NCBI GenBank assembly: GCA_008632985.1
Contig: QPGO01000021.1
Coordinates: 434,001-498,000 of the forward strand
Length of the DNA: 64,000 nt
Origin: Psammoneis japonica
Lineage: Eukaryota
Direction: 5' to 3'
Shown here: positions 1-12,498 of the stretch, in pieces
Layout of the letters: each line of letters opens with the position of its first letter
How positions within the stretch are numbered: the first letter of the stretch is position 1
Position numbers and translations under genes: made by a program
Notes under the pieces: generated by a model
The model's input: the letters and a program-made list of their open reading frames with translations, nothing else
The model's database searches: none
Told to the model about the DNA's origin: nothing

Positions 1-175
1 TCTTGCTCTTTGTTGCTCTTCGGAAGAATGAGTGAAGCAAACGAGAGAAGAGCAGAAAAAACCGTCATTTGCTCGCCAAGTTCGCGCAAGCACGTTCAAA
101 TTTGAATTCAAATGGTTTGCATGACCCAACGGTCAAATGCGGGTCATTTGCCTCGTCGCACTGCACAAGGTGGGC
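1..175 (-). repeat. Split direct repeat, copy A2 (truncated by window edge)
   Basis: Gap-free match to 6017-6191 with 6 mismatches (positions 21, 66, 67, 113, 120, 154). Confidence 0.95.
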
Positions 176-384
176 GGCTCACGCCGCCCGTCTTGTTCCT
201 TCTCCTGCGGCTCTCTAGCGCCATCTAGAGATCTTCCAATGATGGACTGGAATGGCTTTGCTGGCAGATGTGCAAGCCTCATTCCCAAAAACCCAAGCTG
301 GAACGGCAGGGCCTTCCAGCAACCACCCACAGTGCCGTGCACTTTTGGGAGGGTGGGTGGGTTGAGGCAGGAAGGCTGTGGTGA

Positions 385-1503
385 TCAGGCGTCTTGAGGA
401 TTTTGAGGGACGTCAGCATTGGGGTGGAGGACGAAGTCGCCACCGGCGAGCATGTCGCGAGCGAAGTTGCGCATGACTGGTTCTGCTTGCAAGTGCAGGT
501 GTCGCAACATTTCGTCGGATCGCCAGCGGCCTGAGAGCCGAATGAGATCGGTGTCTGCGCGGGCACAAAGGAGGGCCATTGCTCCGGCGGCACGAAGACA
601 CCGAGCGGCAACATCTCGGGTGGTGAAGCCGAGATTAGCCGGACCGAGAGCAGTGACAGCATTGCGCAGCATGCTGGTGATGTCAGCCGGGAACACACGA
701 CGCCAGGTGTTGTTTTGAAAGTGAACACCAAGGGGTGTGTCAGGGAGCGCACCGTGGGTGCGCAAGTGTTGGACACGGCGGATGAGGGCTTGAACCGGGC
801 ACAGGTGGGGGTGACCGGAAAGACCAAGCCCTGGAACTTCGCCTCGCACTCCATTTTTCTGGGTGGCAAAGGTGAGAGTGGCGAAGTCTGCTGTGTCAAG
901 GTGTGCAAGTGGAACTTGCATGGCACCCAGGTGAGCACCACCAGACGCAAGCCGGACATCGGCGAGACGAAAGGGGGTGGTGTCTGATGGTGTTGCGGTG
1001 CACTCGCCAGGCCGTGACAAGAAGAAAAAGGCAAGTGCAATCATTTCAGCAATGGCTTGTGTGCCCGGGTCATTGCTGAGGGCTGCGGCGGTCATAATCC
1101 ATTGCAGCACTGCAATTGGGACCGGTTTTACGCGGTCTGGGGGTGGATCCTGCTTCTTGTAAAAGCGGACTTGCCGGGTGAGGTGGAAATCCATTGTGCC
1201 TTGGGATGTGTGGCGTGGATCCGGGGACCCCATTGCAGCGAACGTTTGGCCAACCGAACGTGCGGCATCTTCAGCGGTTCTTCCACGGACGGGATTGCCC
1301 ATCGGCGCGAGGACTCCTGTGCGGTGTCGGTGCAAGAAGACTTGGAGGAAGACAACAGGGTCGTCAACGTCTTCGAGGAGTGGGTCAATGGCCAAAGAGG
1401 AGCAGAACTCTCGCCATTTGTCCCAATGGGTGTTGGCGGCGGAGGCTCTGGAAGAGGTGACGCCATGCTGGACTGCGCGTTGAGCAGCATTGAGATCACG
1501 CAT
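385..1503 (-). pseudogene. Tyrosine recombinase of Ngaro element; catalytic Tyr mutated to His
   Basis: Motifs FFFLSRPGEC (cf. FFFLLRPGEY), TFATQKNG, ARCLRAAGA, GRWRSDEMLRHLH (cf. GRWxSxxxxRY); codon CAC at 499-501; only 1 Tyr in 372 aa. Confidence 0.9.
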
Positions 1504-3365
1504 GAACTCAGTTCTGGTGGAGGCGTCCAGAGACGCCAGGAGAGTTTCTGCAGACAGTGCAAATTAAAGTGGTGCAAAAATTCACGGTTGGACAAAGACT
1601 GCAGTCGTGAGGCATCGTCAGCGGCAGTGTTGAGGCATCCAGGCAGGTGGTCATGCAACCCCAAGTGGCGATGGCAGCGTTGATGGCAGGATTGGCATCG
1701 AAGCAACCGGGAGGCGGGTTTGACGGCAGTGGTGGCACCTTTACGTTGCCAACACATGGTGCCTGAATTGTCGGTGTGTGAAAGACTGGCACGTTCACGG
1801 ATGTCAAAACAGTCGGCGGCGCCGAAGGACTGAATGACACTGCCGGCAAGTTCCAGGTCTGTGTTGGTGATGGGACCGCGTGGGTTGGAGAAAGTGGAGA
1901 GTTGACTGCTGACACTTTTGGGAAAGGGCAGTCGCCACACTGCAGGACCCGCATCTCTCTGTTGACAGCGTCTGCAATTGCCAAAACGGAGAGTGGCTGC
2001 TCTGGGTGCTGTGGCACTGGTTGGCAGGAGGACGCCGCCTGCGCCGTGACCTGCAGCATCATGACAGCCAGTGAGTGTTGGTTTGAGTGGAACCAATTCT
2101 TGAATGCGAACGGGTCGGGCGTCTAGGGTAGATTCTAGATTCCGAAAATCATCTGGTGCGCAGTGCGCATTGGCGGAGATCCGGACGCGTGAGTCCGGTG
2201 TGGTGTGTCGGAGATTTTCTTGGAGTGCTGAGAAGAGACCCCGGGAGCCAGGGACAGCAATGCTCAGAGAGCGTAGCTCTCCCAGCAATTTCTGACAATC
2301 GGAGATGGCAGCACGTTTACGTGTGCGGGGGAAATCCTGGTGCAGCATTATGTGAAGTCGGGCACGCCGTCGGGGCGCAAGCCGGATGGTCGTGGCGCGA
2401 GCATCTATGAGCCAACCCAGGACTTCTTTCTGCGTGGACCATGTGGCATCACCCTGGCGGAGCTTCTTGATGGAGACGGGCTCTTTGCGGGTGGCTGGGT
2501 CATGTGCATCGAGTGGGCGGAAAACGTCATCGAGAACATGCAGCATTGCATGGTGAACGTTGCGACGGGCTTGTTTCGAACCTTGCGCAGCGCCGAGGAA
2601 GTCGTCCACATAGATGTCGATGCATTGCAAGCGGCGGCACCGACGCGGACGGAGGTGTGGGTCGGGCGCATTGGGAATGGGCACGGCCTGGGAAGCTGCG
2701 GCAACTTGTGGTGGTTGGTGCTTCAGCGGGCGGCTTTCTAAAAGCGATTCCAGTGGATGTGGCGGTGCTTGGACGTTGCGCACCAAATCCAAATTGGCGA
2801 TGTCAGCGACAGTCTCCGTTGCTGTGCAGAACAATGGCGGGGAGTTGGCCCAGCCCATGGGCAAGCGTGTTGGGATTGCAACCAATGGTGGTTCGCCCGG
2901 TTGGTTCGGGAACACTGCACCAAGTGCAGGAGCCTGTTCTGGCGCAACTTGCATGCAGTGACAGCCATCAGCCAAGACGATCTTCATGAGATAGACCGTG
3001 CCTTTTCTGGGATCGGCAAGTGGGATACGGCGTAGAAGGCGGTCGAAGGCACGTCCAAATTGCATGGCTTCCATTGCAGCGTTGGGTTGCGTGGAAGGAT
3101 TCAGCCCATGACAGGCACAGTCTGCAATGGGGCGGGGACGTCGACCATGTTGAGGCACCACGCCAATTGGGCTCAGGCGAAGACCGGGGGTGTGACGCAC
3201 TTCCTCGTAAGGGATGACAACCCAAAAACCCTTCTCGACCACATCGGCCATGTCTTGGCGCAGAAACTCGATGTGTTCGTAGGCGGATTTGTGTGGACCC
3301 CTGGAGATGCTGGCGTCTAGCTCAGCATACGTCCATGGTGCATCGGCGGCGGTGATGGGGGCACC
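1128..3365 (-). pseudogene. Reverse transcriptase / RNase H of Ngaro element
   Basis: LSPIGVVPQ..RRPRPIAD, LPMGWANSPPLFC, IYVDDF, KEVLGWLID, DAAGHGAGG, TNTDLELAG, HTDNS, NTAADDASR. The frame continues upstream of 3251 (..RGPHKSA..FLRQDM) to a TGA at 3366-3368 that is probably CGA>TGA. Confidence 0.9.
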
Positions 3366-5921
3366 TCAGTGCTTGCAAGTGCTCAGCAGTCGGTGAGCTG
3401 GGTGTTGCTTGACTCGGTGGAGTGGACCCCAATCACCTCTGCCGCTGCAATGACGTGACAAGCAACTGAGACCTTTACGACGCAGTGACGCAGCATCAGT
3501 TCGCATGTGCTCACCTGGTTTGTCATTGTAGATTGCGGCAGCAACATCCTGTCCACGGGTGGTGGGGCGGGTGCGCTGCCTCTTGAAATTCTCCACAGTT
3601 GGGGGTTGTGGACGCGATGGCGCGTCGACCATCGCGGATGAAGGCTCTTGGCTCCAAGTCCCCGAACTTGGGCCATTGCCGAAGACCTGTTCGGTCTTCC
3701 AGTTCTCCTCACCCCAGGTGAGAAGGGTGGCCTGTTCGGCGTCTGTGTGGTCATTGCGATGATCATGGGACGAGCCACAGTTGGTGTCACATTGCCCTTT
3801 GTAATGGCAGGGAAAGCAACGAGGACGACCTTGGGCATCTTTGGGAAGTTCGATGTTGTCCCTTGCGCATCGGTTTTTGACATCGCGTGACCTGACGTTG
3901 GGGCGGTCACGAAGGTTGGCGAAGCGGTCATCACAAGAAGGGTTGCGGACTACGCTGTTGCTCCCTGCGGCTTGACTGATGGGGGGCATGTTGGCAGGCT
4001 GGTGTTGAGTTGCCGGGGCCGGTGCGGCTCCCAGCACAGAACTGGGGCTGGCAGCTTGCATGCTGGCGGGCAAGTGCGGGCGCCAGCACATGATTCCTTT
4101 AGCCGCTTCAAACACAACGTTCAATGGTGAGAATGGAAGCGGGTGAAGGGAGGCTTCTTGAGCCTTGAACCAATGGCGGACTTCAATCTGCGCACAGCGT
4201 TGAAAATCCACGGGAAGGGTTGGGCACCCAGCAGCCTGTGCTGCCAACTCATTGGCATGCCGGTCCATGTCTTGACGTTGACGGGTGAGCCACTGGACAA
4301 CTGGATGGTTGGCTCCAAGTGAGGCAGAAAGCACCAGGTGGTGTCCATCGCAGGACTGCTGAGCGGCTTGCATTGTCGTCGCCACGAGCGCCTTGTCTGG
4401 TGCTTCCAGGATCTGCGTGTCTTGGAGGGACGGGGCCACAGCGCCGCCATGAATGTGCATGTACATGGCCTTGCGACAGGCGATCTGCTCGGCACTGTCT
4501 GGCGTGGCAATCCCAAACTGGAATGGGGTGATGCCTTGGGTTGGCTCGTCTTGATTGTGACCAGCAAAATCGAGCTGTACGAGCTTGGTGACAAGGCCAA
4601 CCGTGACTGGTGCGTCAAAATGAACGGCCATCGCCTGGCGTTGCTCGTCAATTGCATTTTGGACGACTGTCAGGCGGCCTGTCTTAGGCGCTGCGGCAAG
4701 GGCGGCCCACACAGGCGGCAGTGCTGTCTCGTTGAGGGCGTGGCACCAATTCATGAGCTTGGTGACACCAAAAGGTCCCCAGAACTCATTGGGAACCTTG
4801 CCCCGGGCAGCCGCTTGTTGACGTGCGGCAGCGTCAAGTCGGAGTTGTCGTTGTTCAGTGGTGAGCTCTTCAATGGCCTGCACAACCGGCTGGAAGTGCT
4901 GCGCGGTGGGTGGTGCACGACCCAGTCTTCCAGGGATGTCCCGCTCCACCTTGGCATCAAAAAATTGAGTGAGGGCTTCGTCAGGGGGGCGTGTCATGAC
5001 AGGCCAAGGTCGCGCCACAACAGATGCCACTTGGTTGTTGGGAGTGGCACAGCAGGCGACGCGCAAGAAGTCGAGCAGTGGTCGGATGGCAGCCACCTTG
5101 TCAGCTGCCGCAGCGGCGCCGTGCACGCGCTGGTGGGCTTGTTTGGGATGCAAGGGCTGTGCCAACAAGAGCGGCACGGACTCAAATGGCACGTGCATTG
5201 CATGTCGTGTCCGCACGACCTCCGAGTTTGGTGCATCCTCAGCCAGATGCGGATGCAGGCCTTCCGCATTGTCAGTGACATGCTCCAGGAGTGCGGCGTG
5301 GGTCGGTGCCCCAGTCCCCTGCTGTGCCAAGTTGAATGAGTCGTCCCCGAATTCGACCAGGGTAAACTGTCCACGGGTTAGGTCACCTGCCATTGCGTGC
5401 GTCTCACCGTCCCAAGGTTCGGCAGGTCCAACCACGGTCGTCGGATAAGTGGTGACGCGGTGCAGGACTTGGATCTGTCCTTCGTCCGCTGTGCCGTCCT
5501 CTTGGCAGTGTGTGATGACTGCCATCGGCTGATCGTGACTTGACGCCGCTGCAACTCGCCCATGGAGTGACCCGGGGTTGTGTCTCGAAGGTCCCTGAAC
5601 CGGAACCGCGAAGTCTGGCATCGACTCATCGCATGCCCCCCGGTGTGGGTCGTCAGCGGCTGTGAGGTAAAAATCCCGATGCATCGCAATGACCGGCGGC
5701 ACTGCCGGCACGGCTTGTGCACCCGGTGGCGGTGGCGGCACGACGGCTCCTGCTGCTTGCGGTGCCAACGGAGGCACCGGGACTTGTGGAGGAGGAGGTG
5801 GGGGAGCGTTTTGGGCTGCCGCGGCAGCTGCTGCAGCTCCTCTTTGCGGTGGAGCAGGGTCGTTGGCATTTTGGGCGTTCTGGGCCCCTTGTCCTGCGTT
5901 TTGCTGCTGTTGCGCATCCAT
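3366..5921 (-). pseudogene. Gag-like ORF1 of Ngaro element (reads through into the pol N-terminus)
   Basis: Long ORF with Pro/Ala-rich N-terminus and a Cys/His cluster (CFPCHYKGQCDTNCGSSHDH) near its C-terminus; same frame as pol; lies directly after repeat A1. Confidence 0.8.
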
Positions 5922-6016
5922 GATGGACTCACCAAAGGTTCTTCCTGCGAACAATGGGGAGCTGCGGCGGAGGCATCCTGCGCCGCGTCGACAGCGTTAA
6001 AAACTGTCTAGCGGCT

Positions 6017-6191
6017 TCTTGCTCTTTGTTGCTCTTTGGAAGAATGAGTGAAGCAAACGAGAGAAGAGCAGAAAAAACCGTTGTTTGCTCGCCAAGTTCG
6101 CGCAAGCACGTTCAAATTTGAATTCAAACGGTTTGTATGACCCAACGGTCAAATGCGGGTCATTTGCCTTGTCGCACTGCACAAGGTGGGC
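6017..6191 (-). repeat. Split direct repeat, copy A1 (5' end of the Ngaro element at 6191)
   Basis: Match to 1-175 stops abruptly after ...CACAAGGTGGGC at 6191. Confidence 0.95.
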
Positions 6192-9100
6192 AGAGTGGGG
6201 CTCATTGGCAGGGTTCAACGAGTGCGTCCACATCCACCTCCAGCAGCAGCTTTGCAACATCATCTCATTGCTGATGTCCTTCCAACCAAGACAGGTTTTC
6301 CTCTCTTTGTTGGCACTGTCACCAGTCAATGCTGAAGACAGAGTGCCATTGCCCTGAGGAGCTTGTGCCTCCAGTGAAAGGTGCTTTTCTTGCTGTCTTT
6401 GTTCGCGGAGTCAAGCACCAGCACCCCCTGCAAGAACTTTCTCTCTTTGTTGTTTGAAGCTGTGACACTCTGTTGATTTGGTGTGTCTGCTGTCATTTGG
6501 AACTCATCAAAAGTGCAAACACTCATGGATCATTTCCCAGACAGACAACTCATTGTGGCAAACCAAAACCCCTGTCTGCGTTTCTCAATCTTGACCACAC
6601 CACAACCAAATCTCCTGCTGTGGTGGTGCAGCGTGACACATGGATGGATTCTGGGATCTGCAGTTTGTCATCTGCCCTTGTTTTGACTTGTCTTGCACTT
6701 GCCCCCAGATGAGCAGATGTGCTCATTGGGGTGCACCACAGCAGCCCTCTGCTCTCCAACAGCAGAGAGCAGGGTTGTTGAGTGTGCTGGTGCAATTTTC
6801 CATGGCAGAAAAAAAATCCCAAAGTGCAGTCTGGCTGTGTGTCATGAGAGAGTTTGTCCCATGTTCTGGGGCAGGGATGTGCGCACTCTTGTTCCTTTTT
6901 TCTGAAAGCACCACAATGTCAAACAACAGCAACGGCGAGCAACAACAACATTGACAACCCCAGAAAATGTGCCAACATCAACTGCCAATGTGGTGGAATG
7001 GCCATGAGCACCCATGCATGTCCTGGTCATCATTGTCAAAACATTTGCACCACATGGCATGTGTGGGGTGGCTGCAAAAAAGCCCACCCAGGCACCTGCA
7101 CCTTGTGTTGTGCCCCAATTTCAAAAGCAACAGACCCACTCAAACAGCACCACACCCACCCTGAGAGGATCTGGGGTTCAGCAGAAACAACAGCTTCCAC
7201 CACCACATCAGCAAGAGGGCCAAATCTTCCTCCAGCTGCAGACATGACAAACAAAGAGAAGAGATGAAAAAGCGGGATGTGGAAAGCTGCTGCAAGACAG
7301 AAACAAATGTGCTCTCACAAGCCTTGCTCTCCATGCCTGAAACCCTCTGGTGCAATCATGCAATGCTGTGGTGCACTTGCCAAGTTCATGCCTTTTTGCA
7401 ACAATGCAAGTCTTGTTGCAACCCCACCCATTTCCAAACTGTGAGCATTGACAAAAATTCAACGAGAAGAAGTTGGAGACACCAAAATGGAGTGGTCCAA
7501 AAACAATGTCAAAGAAGACTTCTTTATGTTGGCAGCCCCGCCAAGTGTGTTGTGAGCTCAAGCTGTGCTGTCTTACAACAAGGGAGCAATCATTGCCAAG
7601 CACAGCTCCAAATGCATCAAGTTGCTTTTGAGCTGCAGCACCATGGTCTGTGCTTGACAAAGAAATGAGTGACAGTGCCCCAACTTCAGTGGCTGAATGA
7701 GCAAAACCTGGGTGAGCTGATGATGCCAGCAGCAGGACACTTGATGGCAGGACATGAGCCCAGTTTCCAATCATGCTTTGCTCGTCATTCATCAAATTGA
7801 GGAAATCCCACAGAGAGAAGAAAGCTTGGAGGAAACTCAAGAGCAGGGTGGTGTGAACGCCTGCATCTCAAGCAAGCTGTGCCCAGCACCCACAATTTGT
7901 GCACTGAATGAGCTGCAGCAAGACAGAGTGAGTCTTGAGACATTGTTGAAATTAAACAAGAGAACAAAACAGAGAGCTCAAATGCACCCACACTTGTCAC
8001 TCAGCTGTGCCAGCCAACTGCCGGGCCACACTGCCCTCCCACCAAGGCAACCACAAAGTCAAAATGCCAAGCAACAAAGAGTTGTGGTGTCAAATGTGAG
8101 TGGGGGCAACAACACCAGCTTTTGCAGGGGGGCAGAAGAAACTCCCTGGTCATTCACACCAACAGAAAGAGGGGGAGGGCAAAGCATGGGTGCTCAAACT
8201 GCTGGTTGCATCAGGGATGATTGCCAAAGCACCAGCAGCTGACAAAGTGCACTCAGTCTGCAGCAAAGGGGAGTCAGCCATCAACACTCTTCAAGCAATG
8301 CAAAAAGACAAGTGGCACAATGGGCACCCCAAGCTCAGGATGCAATGCACACAGCAGCAACAACACAATGAGATGACATTTGCTGTCTCAGCCATGGTGT
8401 CATTCATGTTGCACTGTTGCACATCAATGGAAAACCCCAAGTGTGCAGAAACAAGAAGTCAATGATGAGTTGGTGCAAGAACATGCCAAACAGACCTTGG
8501 TCATGAAGTGCAATGAGAAATGCATGTGAGGGTGCAACACACACAACAAGGTTGACTCTGACAATGGCGCGTGTCATGTCAAGAGTTGCAGTGTGTCGTG
8601 GAGCTGCTGGTGTGTGCCAACAGAGAAAACTCCAAATTTTCAGGAGCAAGAGAATGAGTGGTGAGTTGGCACAACATGCAACAAGACAGATCACAAAAGT
8701 TGAATGCAGTGTGAACCTTGCATGGCACAAGCAGTGCACGTGCAACATGCACAACAAGGCAGTGGTTGTGTTGAGTCAGCCACAGCATCACAACAACAAA
8801 AATCCCAATTTTGCAAAAGCAAAACAATGACCTTAAAAAGAAACAGACCACAAACATCAAATTCAATGAAAGCAACATTGATGGAACAAGCACAAGGTGA
8901 GAAAAACATGCCACATGGCTTTTCTGCATCAAACACACCCGGGGGGGGAGGGGGCAAAAAGTGAGACCAGAGGCAAAGCAATCAAACTGTCTTCTCTGGC
9001 AACACAACCAACCACTTTTCCTCACTGTGGCATGTTGATTCATTTGCACTGATGGCTCACACATGGGCCCAAACTGCAACCTAAGAAAATTGTTCCATGG

Positions 9101-11131
9101 CAGGGAAAAAATGGGGGACACCTGTGCCACCAGCAAAAAAGCCTCGGCTCTCCTCCTCACAAACAATGTGCCAACAAGAAAAAAGGCAAAAGACAGGGTG
9201 GCAAGGTGATGGCAAAGCAAAGCCACACACTGACCCAATGGCACCAAGCCCATTGCTTGAAGACATTAAATGCGCTGGTCTGCTTGTGAACAAACCAGCA
9301 CACTTTTGCACAAAATTCATGTGCACCCCAGAGACACTTGTCACTTCTCAAGCCTCCACTCTCTCACACACAACACACTGCACAGAGGAAAAGCCAATGA
9401 GATGCCTCAGAATCCAAAGAAGAAATGCACGACAATGAAGAAGCAATCAAAGAAGTCAAGCCATCTTGACAAGAACTCATCAAGCAGTGATGATCTCTTT
9501 GCCAACATCAGACCCTAAAGAGATGGAAGATCAACAACCTGACACCAAGATGATCTTGCCAACAACCTTGTGTGAGCAAGAATCATGTGCACTCCTCCAC
9601 TCCATTGGAAAACTTGGAAGAACAAGAGTCAGAAGCAGAAGATGAGCCATTGGAAATGTGAGATAAAATCAGAAGATGTTCAACACATGGCTGACAACTC
9701 TGTCAAAGCCAAAAGCACTCTGAGTGGTCCCCCAAGAATCTCAAAGCAAGCGCTGGCAATTGTCCAAGAAATCCTGGGTCAAAACACACCAGATGGAACA
9801 TGTTCAGGGTGGAATTGGAGTGTTCCTGTGGAGAGCGGTGAGATCTTTGAAAGACACTCCAGAAGAAATGCTCAGCAGCTGGAAGCTGTTCAGTTTGGCA
9901 GGAAAGCCAAATGAGCTGAAGGTGACAAAGAAGCAAGTGTGCAACTCCATTGTGTCAAAAATGACAATGCTGTCATGCAACCCAGTGCACAGAGCAGTTG
10001 TGTTGGAGAGATCTGTGTGGTGAATTTGGTCTTCAAGAGAAGCTTGAGTGTGGACAAATCTTTGAGGAGAACAAAATGATTTGAGAGATTGCAAAGGAGA
10101 AATGTCAGATTCTGTGTACACATCATGAAAAAAAACCTTCCAGTGCAGCAACAGACACGGTGAGAAAAGAGAGACACCTGCAGAGACTGATCTCTGCAAG
10201 TTTGCTTCAATCACTGGGTGTCCACCATTTGAAGAATTCAAAGAGGAGCAAGGTGTGGAGGAAGATTTGGTGCACATTTGCTCCCAACCCCTCTGGAACA
10301 GAAGGCACAGAGGTGCAACATGAAGCACAGCAATGAAAGAGCACAGATTTCTCAAGAGCATTGGTTCAATTCTCCATCAAGAAGAGCTCCACTCATGCTG
10401 TGAAAAAAGAGCAGAAGCCAGCAAGAGACATGAAGAGACACCAACACAGGCCACATCATTGCAACTGGGAAAGCATGCCTGGCCCTCCAAATGGCAACAG
10501 GGCCAGACAGATTTGGGTGGAAGAAACAAGCAAATGGAGAGTCCACTTGACTGAGCAAGGAATGGAAAAGACATGCAAAACCAAGGGAAGGTCAAGATGC
10601 AGACAAACAAAAATTGAAAGGAGCACAACACTGTTCTCATGAAGAAAGAGCCCCTGTTGTAAAAATTCAGATGCCTCACAGACAGACTGGCAGCAGAACA
10701 AGTGCTCCAAGAAACCTGTGAGAAAAAGGGGCAGCTGAGATCTCATGAAGCAGCCTCAATCCCATGGTGTGCAGCCAGGTTGCATGAAACTTGAGCCAGT
10801 GTGATGCAACCTGGTGGTGCCCACCCACAGCTTTGTTCCATCAGGCCATGGAGGAGAGCAGGTTGTGCTTGCAAGTTCTTCAACAGGGTGGGGAACAACT
10901 GGAAACAGTTTGGAGCTGCTGGTGTGTTGGAGGCAGGAAAACTGCAAGCATGTCTGTGACAGCGTTGGTGTGGTGCACCCAACACTTTCTTCCACACCAA
11001 GTTGATGAGCAGGAGTGCCAAAGGAGGCAAGGACAGAGAGCAGCATGGCACACAGCAGTTCTGGCCTGTTTGCTTTTCAATCTTCAAACAATTCAATGAT
11101 GCACATGGAGTGTGCTCATCATCAATCAATG
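6192..11131. other. Heavily decayed repeat-like sequence (TpA- and CpG-depleted), origin unidentified
   Basis: Hand count about 1 TA and 4 CG in 8001-9000; dense short Cys/His-rich ORFs in all frames without recognisable motifs. Confidence 0.6.
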
Positions 11132-11136
11132 GCAAG

Positions 11137-11414
11137 TGACAGAAACTGAAGGCAAATGGCAAGAATTCAAACTACAACTCCTCACTGCTGTCTAAATGGC
11201 AGATGAGTCTCCGCTCAGAGACCGTCACAGGAGCCAAAAGACGTGCAAGTCAGCACAATCGGGCCACTGTTGTCATTCTTGTGAGCCGTGTGGCTTGAAA
11301 GCAAACTGCATTGCGCGCGCACGCGTGGAACTAAAGAGCACACAAAACTGTGCACGGCAAACTAAACAGCGCGTGACATTTCGCGCACACCTGAATCCTG
11401 TTCAAATCCTGTCA
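11137..11414 (-). repeat. 3' LTR (278 bp)
   Basis: TGACAG..CTGTCA inverted termini, adjacent PPT and TSD; 11248-11414 aligns gap-free to 15483-15649. Confidence 0.92.
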
Positions 11415-12390
11415 CTCCCCAGTTTGCTTGAGGAGTCACAGAAACAGATTCGACTTCGGATGGAATGAAGTTCCAAAACATGAGGGGACAGAGAAGGTCC
11501 CAGATTTGGGAGCAACCCCAATGCTTGCTGAGAATGTCAGCAGGGTTGCAGGAGCCTTCGATGAAGTGGAGCTCAAGGTGACCAGAGGCAATCACCTCAC
11601 ACACACGATGGAATGACAGAGCGGTGTGTCACTTGTGTAACTTGGAGTGCGGGATGGTGGCACTGTCCACAACCGACTTGTTGTCACCAAACACGTCGCA
11701 CACTGGGTGCACTCGGATCTTCTTGTGTCCCGCAGGAGGAGTGGAAGACTTGGAGGGCCCACAGTCATGAAAGACTTTGCATTCATCGAGTTGGTCCATC
11801 TTGAGATTGGTTGCATCTCCCCATTTGCGGTTGCCGTTGCGTTCGTCTGGGGACATGGCATGTTTGCAGTTCCGGGAAACTTCACATCCACACTCACAGC
11901 GAGGTGCAGTGCAGAAGGAGCAAAGCTTGGCTTGGTTGGCCATGCGGAACAGCTTCTTCTGGCGCCTCGCGATGGTGCGGAACCGCTTCCAGCCATCAGC
12001 GTCGAGAAGTCCGTTCTCTCGTGCATAGATGGCGCAGGTGACAGGGTCATCCTTGGTGATGATGGCAAGAGGCTCGGACATGATCTCCCCACTTTCCCAT
12101 TCAAGCATGATGTTGCAGCTTGAGCCTTTCCAGGTTGGGTCATGAGGCTTCAGAGGTCCTTCATGTGACACAATGTGTTGAAATTTCCAAACAGCAGTGT
12201 CTTCGTCTTCTTGCTCAATGTGATTCATGATGACAGAGCAGACGAACTCAGTGAACTTGGGGTTGCCATTCACTTTCCAGTTGTGATCTTCAATGGCCTT
12301 GACGATGCGAGCTCTGTGGCATTGTCCATCCTCTTGTGGCTGCATGAGGAAGGTGCGTCCAATGATGTCTTGCAGATCAAAAACTGGCAT
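11362..12390 (-). pseudogene. Copia pol remnant: post-integrase region fused to RNase H C-terminus (RT deleted)
   Basis: DIIGRTFL, WKFQHIVSHEGPL, EWESGE..EPL..DDPVTCAIYA.ENGLL..GWKRF, GHKKIRVHPVCDV joined directly to FGDNKSVV..PHSKLHK*HTALSFHRV..NPADILSKHWG. Confidence 0.9.
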
Positions 12391-12498
12391 CTTGGGTGTC
12401 CTGATCTCCCCACCAGGTGAATCGACGGGGTTGTCGTCATGGCGAGATTTGATGATGGGTTCAGGTGGCTCCCCATCAGGAGGATCAAGACGCAGGTT

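Larger units (their letters stand above)
1..6191 (-). mobile_element. Ngaro/DIRS-order tyrosine-recombinase retrotransposon with split direct repeats; 3' end runs off the window; inactivated by TpA hypermutation
   Basis: Minus-strand order gag-like ORF, RT/RNase H, then overlapping tyrosine recombinase. Direct repeat 6017-6191 (A1) recurs at 1-175 (A2) downstream of the YR ORF, matching the A1-ORFs-B1-A2-B2 layout of Ngaro elements. Confidence 0.92.

Noticed and set aside
385..5921. Alternative genetic code or RNA-level editing of the retroelement
   Set aside because: Neighbouring host genes use Tyr and TAA/TAG normally. Changes occur on both strands, in non-coding repeats, and differ between the two LTRs of one insertion.
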